The translations under genes and the position numbers were made by a program. From Bilabrum cf. latius (lineage: Eukaryota): 64,000 bases of DNA. The notes under the pieces are model-generated. The model did no database searches and was not told the origin of the DNA. It was given only the letters and a program-made list of their open reading frames with translations. Position 1 is the stretch's first letter, and every line of letters begins with the position of its first letter. This document shows positions 62,744 through 64,000 of this stretch, one piece after another. Location: contig OZ237749.1 of the NCBI GenBank assembly GCA_965178125.1, positions 992,001 through 1,056,000 on the forward strand, given 5' to 3'.

Positions 62744-64000
62744 TCAGTGCCACCATCGAGATATCTCGCTCCCACTGTCCTTGCCATCATATCCCATTAG
62801 CTTTGGCTCTCCGTCATGGATCTCCAGAGCCACCGCCCACACGTCGTCATGGTCCCACAACGACTCACCATGCTTGTCAACGACGTGCAGCACCCCTCTC
62901 ACGTCAAAGATCAGCGTGTACGGCCCCTCTCCCTCCCCGTACGTCCCGGTGTGCCAAACAGACTCCCCGTGCTTGTACAGCACCAGGTTGCCATCTCTCT
63001 GCATCTCCAGCCGCACACCGCTATCCACATGCGACCGAAGCGACTGGCCCTGGAGCAGCCGCTCACCGGGGAACATGGTTATGTGAACACCACCATGCTT
63101 CTTCGGCAGAACCTCCTCACAGTCCTAGTGGGCCTTCGGGTCGCACAACACGTCTCCTGGCTGGTAGTTGAGGCCGTCGAGGTCCGAGTTCCAGGTGCCG
63201 TAAAAATCCCAAGCCCCTATGCTGTTGAAGTTGTTCGTCCTGGTTGCCCAGATCCACTCCCCTGTGTGCCGGTACAGCACCACATTTCCATCAGACTACA
63301 CATCAAGCCTGTCAACAGGCCGTTTGGTGGAGCCCTCGATCCTCCACTTGACGTCCAGCTTGTTCTCGCCAAGGACCATGAGATCACCGTCCCCATCAAG
63401 AAGCAACGTGTGCGGCTGGTTCACCCCGTCGACGTGGTACTTGTCGCTGTCGTCGCTGCTGTCCCACAACGCCACGGTCTTGCGGTCACTAAATCCCCAC
63501 GGGTCGTAAGTCTCGTACAGAACGAGGTTGCCGTCGCTCTACATGCGCAGGTCCATGTCGTGCCAGTCACCGTCGTCGTCCGTGATGCCGTGCCTCCTGA
63601 GCGCGAACGGTGAGGCGATGCCCTGCCCCCTGCGTAGGTTGTCGTTCACGTCCTGCGATCGTATATCGCACTGCTCCATGTTGGTATTACTGCAGTCGTC
63701 TCGAGAGCGTGTACTGCTGGCACCGACACCAACTTGCAGCAGCGCGTCTGCCACCTAGTCCTGCTATGGACCAAACACCTTTCGCAAGGACTTCAGGGTC
63801 AGCTTCTTGGTGATCGTGTTCCTAGACTTGCGCAGCAACTTCATGCCCAGCTTTGACGCAAGGGTCTTGACCACGTCAATACCAGCCACCCGCTGCTTCT
63901 TAGCACGCTTGATGATTGACTTGAGAACATCTTCCTGGACGCCTCCAGCGTTTTTGAGCTGAGACACCAACTCTTGCTGCTGCTACTTCCCAAGACCCTC
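62744..64000 (-). CDS. Bulb-type (B-type/GNA-like) lectin-domain protein, 5' end outside the window
   Basis: Three QxDxNxVxY motifs: LRM*SDGNLVLY, LDV*SDGNVVLY, LEMQRDGNLVLY, each followed by W-x-S/T. The frame is open from the window edge to TGA 62744-62746. Confidence 0.88.

Noticed and set aside
1-64000. Ciliate-type code (TAA and TAG both Gln) or pyrrolysine use of TAG
   Set aside because: I found no in-frame TAA inside any traced CDS, and TAA ends URM1 right after GG. TAG alternates with CAG in internal repeats, which points to Gln.

Overview
This is gene-dense, GC-rich nuclear DNA from a unicellular eukaryote, probably flagellated. It has short GT-AG introns (about 90-235 nt) and intergenic gaps often under 250 bp. 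The supplied ORF track is fragmented because the genome appears to use a non-standard nuclear code in which TAG encodes Gln while TAA and TGA remain stops. Reading TAG as Gln joins the fragments into about 20 genes. In order: two head-to-head Aurora-type kinases; a ZC2HC1-like zinc-finger protein; a ~3,800-aa IP3R/RyR-type Ca2+-release channel with two bacterial-type Cache sensor domains and a ZZ-like finger inserted in its N-terminal suppressor domain; a GH56 hyaluronidase-like protein; a LENG1-like protein; a ~3,000-aa protein with an internal ubiquitin domain and a C-terminal kinase; a SAXO-like protein with 26 x 99-bp repeats; an NHL-repeat protein; CTP synthase; a ketohexokinase-like kinase; a FERM+3xWW protein; two tandem TM2+J-domain paralogues; URM1; a degenerate small GTPase; a bulb-type lectin; and several hypothetical proteins. 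I recognised no rRNA, tRNA, CRISPR array or transposon. All family calls come from reading motifs by eye, not from database searches.
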